From a virus (Duplodnaviria; Caudoviricetes), in the IMG/VR virus record IMGVR_UViG_3300038379_000967, positions 1-36,252 of that record: DNA of 36,252 bases. One strand, written 5' to 3'. Each line of letters begins with the position of its first letter. Positions within the stretch are counted from its first letter, which is position 1. Positions 1 to 7,960 of this stretch are shown in pieces. Made by a program: the position numbers and the translations under genes. The notes under the pieces were generated by a model. The model was given only the letters and a program-made list of their open reading frames with translations. It was not told the DNA's origin and searched no databases.

Positions 1-1131
1 TCAGCCGGAGCGTTGCCCTTCCGTTGCCGTGGCCGGGTCCGCCAGGGTCGCCAGGATGGCCCGACCGCCGGCCGCATCAGCATCAATCCAGGCTGCGTAG
101 GATCGCCTCAGGACGTGCCAGTCCCGGTGGCCGAGCTGGGACGCCACCCACATGGGGTTCTCGCCAGCGGAGAGGAGCTGGGAGGCGTAGGTGTCACGGG
201 TGGAGTACGGCCGCCGGTAGCGGATGCCCGCCCGGCGCAGGAGCGGAATCCACCGTTTCCGGATCGAACTGTCGCTGACCCACGGCTTCCCGGTGAGGGG
301 GTCGTGGAAGATCGCGCCGCCCGCGAGGAACGAAAGGGCCTTCTGGCGCTGCAGGGCGGCCCGGGCCGGCGGCAGCAGGATCACGTCCCGGACGCCCGCG
401 GCGGTCTTCGGGCCCTTCCGGACCCCGCCGGCCACGTTCTCCCGCACCGCCACGATGCCCCGGCGCCAGTCCACGTCCGCCCAGGCGAGGGCGATGAGCT
501 CGCCGGTCCGCAGCCCCGACCAGCAGGCGAACTCGATCAGGTTGCCGAAGCCGGGCGCCGCGGCCGCGACCAGGGCGGCGATCTCCTCCCGGGTGAACGG
601 GTCCGGCTGGTGCTGGCTGACGGTGCCCTCGATCTTCTGGCCCTGGAAAGGCGAGGCGGCGATCTGCTCGTCCTCGACGGCCCGGTCGCACACCTGGCGG
701 AGCGGGATCAGCAGGTTGTGCAGGCGCTTTCGGGAGACCCGGCGCTTCTCGACGAAGTCGCGGATGTGGCGCCAGCGGAGCGCCTGGATGTGCAGGGTGC
801 CGAAGGCGGGCACGAGCTGGGTGGTGACGGTGTTGTAGTAATCCCGGTAGGTCGAGGGCGCCGCCGTGGGCTGGATCCGCTCCAGCCAGTCCGTCAGCAG
901 GGCGCCGATGGTGTGCCCGACGTGGTACTTCGACTCGGGGTAGTGCTTCTCGTAGACCCGGAACAGGTCTAGGTCGCTGGTGCACTCGTCGAGCGCGGCC
1001 TTAAGGAGCTCAGCCTTTGCGCGATTGAGCGGGGTGTCTCGCCACTTGAGGACTTCCCGGCGACGTTCCCCGTGGAACGTGTAGCCGACCTGGAGCCGGC
1101 CGTTGACGATGCGGATTCCCCGCGTGCCCAT
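1..1131 (-). CDS. int: Tyrosine recombinase (phage integrase) with N-terminal arm-binding domain
   Basis: SGLRTGE (R), GPKT (K), YSTR (H/YxxR), LGH, SYAAW (catalytic Y); terminal position in the prophage. Confidence 0.96.
   Translation of the reverse strand: MGTRGIRIVNGRLQVGYTFHGERRREVLKWRDTPLNRAKAELLKAALDECTSDLDLFRVYEKHYPESKYHVGHTIGALLTDWLERIQPTAAPSTYRDYYNTVTTQLVPAFGTLHIQALRWRHIRDFVEKRRVSRKRLHNLLIPLRQVCDRAVEDEQIAASPFQGQKIEGTVSQHQPDPFTREEIAALVAAAAPGFGNLIEFACWSGLRTGELIALAWADVDWRRGIVAVRENVAGGVRKGPKTAAGVRDVILLPPARAALQRQKALSFLAGGAIFHDPLTGKPWVSDSSIRKRWIPLLRRAGIRYRRPYSTRDTYASQLLSAGENPMWVASQLGHRDWHVLRRSYAAWIDADAAGGRAILATLADPATATEGQRSG
11..30. promoter_or_regulatory. Putative integrase arm-type sites (two CGTTGCC, 11-bp period) inside the int 3' end
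   Basis: CGTTGCC at 11 and 22; same pair and spacing at 35459 and 35470. Confidence 0.7.
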
Positions 1132-1286
1132 GCTTCATACCCCTCGAGATCGACGAGCACGTCCCGGCCGCGCTTCACGAAGAATGTCCACTTGCCGGAC
1201 GCGCGGTTCTCTCGGACGGCCCGCTCAGTGTAGCCGGTCAGCTCGGCGAACCGGCGGATGCGGACGTGGCGGACGGCGTCGGTCAC
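969..1286 (-). CDS. xis: Excisionase-like winged-helix protein overlapping the int start
   Basis: GTG at 1286 coupled to upstream stop (GTGA); VRIRRFAELTGYTERAV...GRDVLVDLEGYEAW resembles phage Xis; directly upstream of int. Confidence 0.75.
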   Translation of the reverse strand: MTDAVRHVRIRRFAELTGYTERAVRENRASGKWTFFVKRGRDVLVDLEGYEAWARGESASSTAGSRSATRSTGNVAGKSSSGETPRSIAQRLSSLRPRSTSAPAT

Positions 1287-1780
1287 GGCTTGTCCCGGAG
1301 GTTGAGCGAGGGGCGGAACTTGCGAATATGCGCAAGTTCGGCATCTTCCAGCCGGCGCGGGCTGCAATGCCGGACACGGGCGCCGTCCCAGTCCTTCGAG
1401 GATCGCAGGTGCTGCGCGAGGCGCTCCCGGACGTGCACGGAGCGGCCCACGTAGACCAGCTCCCCGCCGCGGAACAGGAAGTACAGGCCCGGGTCATTCC
1501 TCGCCTGGCTCCACTGGGGCAGACGCAGGATGTCGGCCATGGACAGCGGCTCCACGGGCGCCTCGGGCAGCGTGAGCCCGGACTCGGCGACGAAGGGCTC
1601 CCACTTGGCCACCATCGGTCGCGGGTCGGTCGAGCCCACCTGGTCCGCTGGCACCGCCGGCCGGCCGTCGGCGCGGACGAAGAAGCGCAGGCCATTGCGG
1701 GCGAGCCAGCGGCGCTGCGCGGCCGGCTGCTTGCGGCCCGTCAGCGTCGCGACGTCGGCGTCTGAGAGAAACGTGCTCAC
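1283..1780 (-). CDS. DUF4224 (Xis-like) domain fused to a GIY-YIG nuclease domain
   Basis: N-term FLSDADVATLTGRKQPAAQRRWL..NG..F..RADGRPAV; C-term GLYFLF...VYVGRS..VRERLAQH...E..I....PSLN. Confidence 0.75.
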   Translation of the reverse strand: MSTFLSDADVATLTGRKQPAAQRRWLARNGLRFFVRADGRPAVPADQVGSTDPRPMVAKWEPFVAESGLTLPEAPVEPLSMADILRLPQWSQARNDPGLYFLFRGGELVYVGRSVHVRERLAQHLRSSKDWDGARVRHCSPRRLEDAELAHIRKFRPSLNLRDKP

Positions 1781-2025
1781 GGCCGAGCTATCCGCCGCAC
1801 GTTGCCGGTCGAGGCCTCGGCCTTCGACTCCACCGGGATGAAGCCGGACCCGGTGCCGTTCGTGTGCTTGATCAGGTCGGCCTCGACCTTCGCCGAGTTG
1901 ACGATCACCTGGGCCACGTCCGCGATGGCCTTCGCCCGGTCGAGTGGCATGGGGTTGTCCTTGTCCGCGAGCCCTTCGAGGGCCGAAAACAGGTGGTTAC
2001 GCAGGTCCTCGATCTTGTTCTTCAC
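1777..2025 (-). CDS. Conserved phage hypothetical protein
   Basis: DLRNHLF..LE.L...RAKAIADVAQVIVNSAKVE motif, which I recognise as usually following an HNH gene; coupled overlaps. Confidence 0.8.
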   Translation of the reverse strand: MKNKIEDLRNHLFSALEGLADKDNPMPLDRAKAIADVAQVIVNSAKVEADLIKHTNGTGSGFIPVESKAEASTGNVRRIARP

Positions 2026-2677
2026 GTCGCTCCTTTCGGTTGATCTTGCGGATGAGGGCGCCGCGCAGCTGGACCACCTGGGCCAGCTCCTTCGGCAGGT
2101 TGTGAACGCTATTCCGGCGCATCAGGGCGCCGCGCGGCACGAGCTCGAGGTTGGCGAGGGCGATGTGCTCCCGGTTGCCGTCGCGGAACACGACAGCGTG
2201 CCCCTTCGGCACCGGACCGTGCGCCTCCTCCCAGACCAGGATGTGCACGAACTTCCAGTTGAACCGGGACATGCCCTTGGGCGCGTCGTCTCGGATCTTC
2301 CTCTTCCGGTAGCCGTCGCCATCCACCACTTCCGTGCCCACCGGGACCCAGGTGACCGGCCTGTTGCCGGCCTTGTAACGGGTCTCCGCCGAGCGACCGC
2401 CAGCGGTGTAGTGCAGGCCCTTGTTCCAGGACGTCTGCCCCTTCCGGAACCGGGTGGATGACCCGCGGGTCCCGTCCAGGCGGCCGCTGTCGCCCGTGTC
2501 GAAGAAGGCCGCCGACTTGCGCAGGCCCAGCTTGTAGGCCCGCTGGTAGACGGACAGCGGCTGGCGGCCGAGGTCGTGGGCGATGTCTGCGGTGCGCTCG
2601 CTCGGGTATCGGCGGCGCAGGACGCGGTCCTCTGCGGGCGTCCATCGCTGCCTGGGTCGGCGCTCAGTACGTGCCAT
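1997..2677 (-). CDS. HNH endonuclease (HNH_3 type) with N-terminal helix-turn-helix-like region
   Basis: HILVWEEAHGPVPKGHAVVFRDGNREHIALANLELV; WT..EDRVLRRRYP N-terminus; start reassigned to ATG 2677. Confidence 0.85.
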   Translation of the reverse strand: MARTERRPRQRWTPAEDRVLRRRYPSERTADIAHDLGRQPLSVYQRAYKLGLRKSAAFFDTGDSGRLDGTRGSSTRFRKGQTSWNKGLHYTAGGRSAETRYKAGNRPVTWVPVGTEVVDGDGYRKRKIRDDAPKGMSRFNWKFVHILVWEEAHGPVPKGHAVVFRDGNREHIALANLELVPRGALMRRNSVHNLPKELAQVVQLRGALIRKINRKERREEQDRGPA

Positions 2678-3014
2678 AGTCCGCCCCCTGCTTCTCCTGC
2701 CAGCTCGCCTCGGTGGCCGCCGACCTGGTTGCCTCCCGCCGCTCACGCTCGTCCTGGGCCCGCAGCCGGTTCAGCGTGGCGACCTGCTTTTCGAGCCGGT
2801 TGACCTGGTCACGGAGATCCGCGAGCCGCCGGTCGGCATCCCTGACGGCCTGGGCGTGGCGCCGGAGTTCGCCGATCTGCCAGCGGAGCTCGGCTTCGAC
2901 CGCGAGTGAGCAGTCCCGGCCCATGGCCCGACCCAGGGAGCCTTCGCGCTTCACGGCGGAGCGCTCCAGGGCCCGGACCACGTCCTCGAGGGGCGACACG
3001 GTCGGGGCGGTCAT
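2664..3014 (-). CDS. Hypothetical coiled-coil protein
   Basis: Heptad-like charged C-terminal half; overlaps both neighbours in the operon. Confidence 0.6.
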   Translation of the reverse strand: MTAPTVSPLEDVVRALERSAVKREGSLGRAMGRDCSLAVEAELRWQIGELRRHAQAVRDADRRLADLRDQVNRLEKQVATLNRLRAQDERERREATRSAATEASWQEKQGADYGTY

Positions 3015-3232
3015 CGGGATCTCCGGTGCTGGTCAGCGTTGGGGCACGTGCTCCAGTGGGGCACGTGACGGCCCTGTTCGAACTCGTCGTCATCGGGCTG
3101 CACCGAGTGGGCGTCGCAGGGCATGTTCTTCCCCTTGGCCGTGGGCAGCCAGATGATCTGCGCCCGGCAGGAGCGGCAGCGGGTGATGCGGCGCTCGTGG
3201 GTCTCGTTGGTTTCGTCGGCGTCGAAGCTCAC
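3011..3232 (-). CDS. Small putative Zn-binding phage protein
   Basis: GTG 3232 coupled to ATPase stop; CRSC...IIW..T.KGKNMPCD...HWSTCP. Confidence 0.75.
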   Translation of the reverse strand: MSFDADETNETHERRITRCRSCRAQIIWLPTAKGKNMPCDAHSVQPDDDEFEQGRHVPHWSTCPNADQHRRSR

Positions 3233-4887
3233 TGGAACAGCTCCTCGCTGGCGCGCAGCTCCCCGCGGCCGGTAACCAGCTTCAGGCTCCGCAGCCGGCC
3301 CAGGTACTTGGTCCACGTCCCACTGCCCAGCACCAGGCGCGAGCGGGCGGCGCACTGGTGCGTGCTCATCGACTTCGGATAGACCGCGAGCAGCGTCTCG
3401 AAGATGCGGCGCTCGCCACCGCCGCCCAGCCAGTCGGCCCAATAGCGGCGCAGGGCCTCGCCCGTGGGCAGCGGCTCGAACGGTCCGACCGCCTTGAGTC
3501 CCGCCGGGGTGATCCGGAGCGTCTCGCCGCCCTCGACCAGTCCGGCGGACCGGAGCGCGCCCAGGTACTTCGTCCAGGTGCCGCTGCCGCGGATGAGCTG
3601 GGCGAGGAGGGCCAGGCGCTGCTGGGACAGGCCAGCCGGGAATTGGGCCAGGGCGATCAGGATGCGGCGCTTGCCGTCCTTGCTGGCCGGGCCGGGGGCC
3701 GGGCTACCAGCGTGCCCGTTCATCCTGATGGGCGGTTTCGGCCTGTCATCCTGATAGGTGGCGTGCGCCGGCGGGATGTTGGGCGCCGGGGTCTCGTCCG
3801 GTCCCATGCCGGTCCGCTCGGCCAGCTGGGCCTTGATGGCCTCCGGGAGAATCTTCAGCCAGTCGGCCGCCTGCTCCGTGGCGCTGTTGCGCCCCTTGAA
3901 GTGCCCTTCGCGGTAGCCCTGCTCGTACCCGGCAGTGAAGCCGGCGTCATAGGCCGACTGGATCGCGGCCGGATCAGGGGCAGAACTATGGCGTTCTTGT
4001 GCCACATTTATGCCAGAGTTCTCGGGCTCGTCGGCAGCCAGCAGCGCCCGGAGCTCGCCCACGTCGAGAGAGGCGGCGGCCCGCGGCTCCTCGATGACCT
4101 CGCCATCCTCCGGGGCCCGGGACGAGTCGAAGGTGCGGATCGCCGGGAACGTCCGGCGCTCGAGCAGCCCGGCGTCAGGGGCCCAGAGCCAGCCCTCGCC
4201 GCGCTTCAGGCGCGCCAGCGTGTTCAGGACCTCCCGGCCGGCCGTCTCGTCGCCCTGGCCCTGTATCCATGCCTCGATGGCCTTCCGGTCCTGGGGTGCC
4301 ATCAGCTTCATGGCGATCAGGGTGTTCGCCTGGGTGAGGACGTTCTTGCTGAGCACCGCCGGCCGCTGGGTGATGAGCGTGACCCGGAAGCCCTTGATGC
4401 GACCCCGGCGCACGATGCGGTCCATGTTGCCCAGCATCCGCCGGCACTCCGGCAGCGGGTTCTGCGGCATGAACTCGTCGGCCTCGTCCACGACCAGGTG
4501 CAGCGGCGCCTTGTTGATCCGGTAGACCGCCTCGGCGAAGCGCTCCACGAAGCGGTGCCGCTCGGAGAGGAGCAGTTCGGACAGGTCGATGACGGCCGAG
4601 GCGCCCTTGCCGATCAGCCACTCGGCGACCTTCCCCGCGTCGCCCTCGGCCAGCGGCACGTCGCCGTGCTCGCCGCCGATGACCGCGATGGGGAAGCCCG
4701 GCGTGTCATCGGCCATGGAGCGCAGGCCCCACCACGCGCCGGTGGGGTCCAGGACGATGACTCGGCGGTTCGCCTCGAGGAGCCGCTCGACCAGCCCCTT
4801 CGCGGCGTAGGTCTTGCCGCTCCCTGTGCGCCCGACGATGGCCAGGTGCGTGCTCATGATCTCCAGCGGCACTGCTGCCTTGCTCAT
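3229..4887 (-). CDS. HerA/FtsK-superfamily (DUF87-like) ATPase with two tandem C-terminal winged-helix repeats
   Basis: Walker A GRTGSGKT, LDPTG, Walker B LVVDEAD, RRGR..G, ITQRP; GSGTWTKYLG.LRS occurs twice. Confidence 0.9.
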   Translation of the reverse strand: MSKAAVPLEIMSTHLAIVGRTGSGKTYAAKGLVERLLEANRRVIVLDPTGAWWGLRSMADDTPGFPIAVIGGEHGDVPLAEGDAGKVAEWLIGKGASAVIDLSELLLSERHRFVERFAEAVYRINKAPLHLVVDEADEFMPQNPLPECRRMLGNMDRIVRRGRIKGFRVTLITQRPAVLSKNVLTQANTLIAMKLMAPQDRKAIEAWIQGQGDETAGREVLNTLARLKRGEGWLWAPDAGLLERRTFPAIRTFDSSRAPEDGEVIEEPRAAASLDVGELRALLAADEPENSGINVAQERHSSAPDPAAIQSAYDAGFTAGYEQGYREGHFKGRNSATEQAADWLKILPEAIKAQLAERTGMGPDETPAPNIPPAHATYQDDRPKPPIRMNGHAGSPAPGPASKDGKRRILIALAQFPAGLSQQRLALLAQLIRGSGTWTKYLGALRSAGLVEGGETLRITPAGLKAVGPFEPLPTGEALRRYWADWLGGGGERRIFETLLAVYPKSMSTHQCAARSRLVLGSGTWTKYLGRLRSLKLVTGRGELRASEELFQ

Positions 4888-5417
4888 GCTCCGACGCTCC
4901 GGTTGCGGCGGACGGATTCGCGAATCTTGCGGACGTGGTCCGCCGTGAACTTCTTCCCGGTGAAGTGGTGGCGGGCATGCTCCGCCTGGCTGGGTAGCAC
5001 TTGCAGGTTCGCCGGGTCGTTGTTCCGCTTGTCCCCATCCAGGTGATGCACGACCTCGCCGGGCAGCAGCTTCCGACCCAGCGCCCGTTCGGCGATGACC
5101 CGATGGGCATGCCTACCACCGAGCTTGATGTACGACTTCCCGGCGCCTCGCCCACGGAGCCGATCGGCGCGCGCGGCGACGGTTGCCCTTGCGACGGTGG
5201 CGTTGTGGTCCGGCGGGTTCTTCGCCATGAACCCACAGCGCCGCGAGCAGTACACCTGGCCCGGGTACTTCCGGGCAACGGCGAACTCCGCCCCGCACTG
5301 GGCGCATTGGCGCAGGCAGAGAAGCCGGCGGGGATCGCGCTTGTACCCGGGCACGTGGCCCGTCTTGCCCACGATCGCGACGTGAGTCGCCATGATGTCG
5401 AGGGGGATGGGCTTCAC
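4884..5417 (-). CDS. HNH (homing-type) endonuclease with CxxC/CxxxC Zn finger, fused to a stub of the ATPase N-terminus
   Basis: HRVIAERALGRKL.PGEVVHHLDGDKRNNDPANLQV...H..HH; CAQC and YCSRRC. Confidence 0.9.
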   Translation of the reverse strand: MKPIPLDIMATHVAIVGKTGHVPGYKRDPRRLLCLRQCAQCGAEFAVARKYPGQVYCSRRCGFMAKNPPDHNATVARATVAARADRLRGRGAGKSYIKLGGRHAHRVIAERALGRKLLPGEVVHHLDGDKRNNDPANLQVLPSQAEHARHHFTGKKFTADHVRKIRESVRRNRSVGA

Positions 5418-5418
5418 G

Positions 5419-6225
5419 TCACGCCGCCTGCTCGCCGGCCGCGTCGCTCGTCACTTCGCCCGTCTCCGGGTCGACGGTCTCGCCGTCCAGGAGGGGCGTC
5501 TCGAGGAGGCCGAGCGCGGCCTTCGCCGCATCGACGCCGCTCGCGGCCGCGGCCCGGGCGCCGCCCATCTCGTAGTGCTCGTTGTCGTGATCGAGCGTCT
5601 GGACCAGGTCGGTCGACATCGGCAGCCGCTTCGCCAGGCGGCGGAGCACGGTCTTCCGGGCCATCTCGTCGTACCAGCCCTTCCAGGGGCCGCTGTCCTT
5701 CGCCCGGCTCACGTTCCTGACCTGCTCGATCTGGCCGCGGCTCATGACCTCGGTGTAGACGCCGCCGTCCTTGGTCTTCGCGATGGCGTAGGCGGCGATC
5801 GTGTCGCCCCGGTCCTCGGCCAGCACGTTCGGCTCGTGGGTGATGTGCTCGCCGGCGTCGTCGATCCAGTAGCGGAACACATCCTGCTTCTTCACGACGT
5901 TGGTCGACAGGGACAGGAGCTCGCCGGAGTTCCGGACCTTCTTCAGCACGCCGGCGGCCATCGGCATGTACTGGATCTGCTTGCCGTAGGCGACGAAGGC
6001 AGCCTCGCGGCCGTCCGGCAGCAAGCCGTCCTGGGCGCACTTCATGGCGGCCGAGAAGAGGGAGCGGCGGTCGCCGTCCAGCAGGCTCGGGTTCTGCTGG
6101 AGCGCGGTCATGGTGATCCGCATGAACTTGTCCGGCGAGACGTGGGGCGGCAGCACCATCTGGAACTGTGGCTTCATCTGGTCCAGCTGGGTGCGGACTT
6201 CGGCGATGGCGGTGGTCTTGGACAT
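5419..6225 (-). CDS. recT: RecT-family single-strand annealing protein
   Basis: LPPHVSPDKFMR, AQDGLLPDG, W..WYDEMARKTVLRRLAKRLPMS. Confidence 0.93.
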   Translation of the reverse strand: MSKTTAIAEVRTQLDQMKPQFQMVLPPHVSPDKFMRITMTALQQNPSLLDGDRRSLFSAAMKCAQDGLLPDGREAAFVAYGKQIQYMPMAAGVLKKVRNSGELLSLSTNVVKKQDVFRYWIDDAGEHITHEPNVLAEDRGDTIAAYAIAKTKDGGVYTEVMSRGQIEQVRNVSRAKDSGPWKGWYDEMARKTVLRRLAKRLPMSTDLVQTLDHDNEHYEMGGARAAAASGVDAAKAALGLLETPLLDGETVDPETGEVTSDAAGEQAA

Positions 6226-6237
6226 GGGGATACCTCG

Positions 6238-7134
6238 CTATTTCAGGAGAAAACGACGGCTGGAAGACTCGACGCGGAAGGCCGCGGCGATGTCGGGGTG
6301 GGCGGCGGCGAGCGCCTTGGTATCTAGCCGGCTCGACGTGCAGGCCTTCCAGGTGGCGAGGGCCTTGCCGTCCGGGCCGAGCAGCGCAGAGCGGTCCGCC
6401 ATGAAGAGTTGCAGCTGTGTCTGCAGGCGTTCCTCGTCCGCCTCGGCGGCCTTGCGTCGACTGCGGGCGGCGTGGAGCTCCAACCAGGCGTCCAGGATGT
6501 CGTCGGTCGCGACCACCGTCGCGCCGGTATCCGTCGGCCAGCGCAGGCGGACGTCCGTGCTGTTGATGATCTCGGGCGGCTGGTCGGCGACGACCCGGTC
6601 CCAGAAGGCGACTTCCTTCTCGGTGAGGGCCTCGATCACGGACGGGCTCCTCGGGATCCGGTAGACCCGCAGGTCCCGTGCCGCGAACAGCACCGGCATC
6701 CAGAGGATCTCGACGCCCTCCTCCAGGCATGCCAGCTGGTGCTGGGCTTGCAGCATGTAGTGCAGCGGGACCTGGTCGGAGCCGTCGTCGCCCCAGCCCT
6801 CGGCGCTGCCGGAAGTCTTCGCCTCGACGGGGACGCCGTCGGCCATGCCGTCCAGGGTCGCCCACCGCCAGGGCAGACGGGGGTCCACAATCCGGCGCTG
6901 CTGGTCGGTGACCTTCACCCCCTCCCGGTCCTCGAACGCGCGCAGCACCACGGGTTCAAGAGCCTTGCCGACGCGCATCGGCAACGTCTCCTCGACGGCG
7001 GGCGCCCGGCCGGTCTTCTGCAGGAACAGCTCGAGCGGCGACATCCACGGCGACAGCCCGCAGGCCGCGGCCGCCTCACTGGCGCCGAGGCCCTGGCGGC
7101 GATCGTGATCAGGGAGCGGTGCGACAGCGTTCAT
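6238..7134 (-). CDS. YqaJ-like viral recombinase exonuclease
   Basis: RRQGLGASEAAA..GLSPW.SP..L...K, G..LEP, ATLDG, EAKT, Y..Q.QHQL; start reassigned to ATG 7134; adjacent to recT. Confidence 0.92.
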   Translation of the reverse strand: MNAVAPLPDHDRRQGLGASEAAAACGLSPWMSPLELFLQKTGRAPAVEETLPMRVGKALEPVVLRAFEDREGVKVTDQQRRIVDPRLPWRWATLDGMADGVPVEAKTSGSAEGWGDDGSDQVPLHYMLQAQHQLACLEEGVEILWMPVLFAARDLRVYRIPRSPSVIEALTEKEVAFWDRVVADQPPEIINSTDVRLRWPTDTGATVVATDDILDAWLELHAARSRRKAAEADEERLQTQLQLFMADRSALLGPDGKALATWKACTSSRLDTKALAAAHPDIAAAFRVESSSRRFLLK

Positions 7135-7136
7135 GC

Positions 7137-7214
7137 TCAATCTCCGAGCCAGATGCAGACGAGCGGCAGGATCACCGCCAGGAAAAGGAACGCGGGAAGC
7201 GCCTCGCGCGTCAT
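7137..7214 (-). CDS. 25-aa single-transmembrane peptide MTREALPAFLFLAVILPLVCIWLGD (not in the ORF track)
   Basis: ATG overlaps upstream stop (ATGA); fills the gap to yqaJ; hydrophobic core. Confidence 0.55.
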   Translation of the reverse strand: MTREALPAFLFLAVILPLVCIWLGD

Positions 7215-7540
7215 GCCGCGATCCGGGCCATCGCCCGGTTCCAGGTGTAGGCCGCATCTGCCGGCGTCCGGCACGACGGGCCGCAGATGTCCCAGTCACT
7301 GTTGCCCGCGGCCTCGATGGCGACGAACCAGAGCAGCCGGTCGAAGGCGCCGCGCACGAAGTTCAGTTCCGGGACCAGGTGCGGCGCGAGCGGACAGGGC
7401 CGGATGTCGAGGCCTTCTGCGGCGCCGCGCCGGAACTGCTCCCGGTCGGCCTCGGAGTCGAAGTAGCGGACGTTCCAGGCCTGAGAGAAGTCCGAGAGCG
7501 TCACGCAGTGGACGGTGACGGGGGTGTTGATGTCAGCCAT
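7211..7540 (-). CDS. First gene of the pL operon; Lar (restriction alleviation)-like C-terminal domain
   Basis: SD AAGGGAG before ATG 7540; RPCP...WFV...CGP...T..DA...WNR resembles the Lar family pattern but lacks some Cys. Confidence 0.55.
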   Translation of the reverse strand: MADINTPVTVHCVTLSDFSQAWNVRYFDSEADREQFRRGAAEGLDIRPCPLAPHLVPELNFVRGAFDRLLWFVAIEAAGNSDWDICGPSCRTPADAAYTWNRAMARIAA

Positions 7541-7584
7541 GTTGGCGGTCTCCCTTAGCGCCCGGCCAATCCGTGCATGGGAGA

Positions 7585-7625
7585 ACTGTAAGGTGGGCCT
7601 AACCCGTCTGTCAAGCCAACCTAAC
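7585..7625 (-). promoter_or_regulatory. pL promoter and two OL operators
   Basis: Minus strand TTGACA-18-TACAGT; 16-bp imperfect palindromes GTTAGGCCCACCTTAC (7588-7603) and GTTAGGTTGGCTTGAC (7610-7625). Confidence 0.85.
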
Positions 7626-7688
7626 ACGCTGGCCGCGACAAAACCGGAAGAGCCGGTCGTCAGGCGGCCCCAGGGGCGTCTGGGCGGG

Positions 7689-7955
7689 TTATGGGCGGGC
7701 GACCTGAACCGGAACGCAGGTCAGGCGATAACCCACTGGCGGGGATGCCAGCTTATCGGTGTAGGGATCTAACGAGCAGATCGCAACCTCGCCCGTCCTG
7801 GTGTCGATTCGCAGGAGTGCCTGGTCTTTCTGCGGCGGTTCACCGGGCAGCGCCGAGTCGAAGGTTGCGGACAGAAACTGCCATCGCCCTACCTCCTGGG
7901 CGAGCGCCAAGCAGGGGAGAAGTGCGACCGGTAGCAACAGAAAGCGGATACGCAC
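7689..7955 (-). CDS. Small exported protein immediately downstream of the repressor
   Basis: Sec signal MRIRFLLLPVALLPCLALA|QE; two Cys in the mature part; starts 5 nt after the cI stop. Confidence 0.7.
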   Translation of the reverse strand: MRIRFLLLPVALLPCLALAQEVGRWQFLSATFDSALPGEPPQKDQALLRIDTRTGEVAICSLDPYTDKLASPPVGYRLTCVPVQVARP

Positions 7956-7960
7956 GATGA

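Noticed and set aside
186-209. Inactive integrase because of YSTRD in place of HxxRH
   Set aside because: YxxR is common in this integrase group and the catalytic R, K, R, H and Y are all present
4822-5357. Group I intron carrying the HNH gene
   Set aside because: The interval is fully coding with no room for a ribozyme core, and the ATPase already has its own complete start
3358-7518. Long plus-strand and alternative-frame ORFs over the left arm (3358-5046, 5392-6327, 5414-6865, 6409-7518)
   Set aside because: Arg/Gly/Pro-rich shadow frames of recognisable minus-strand genes
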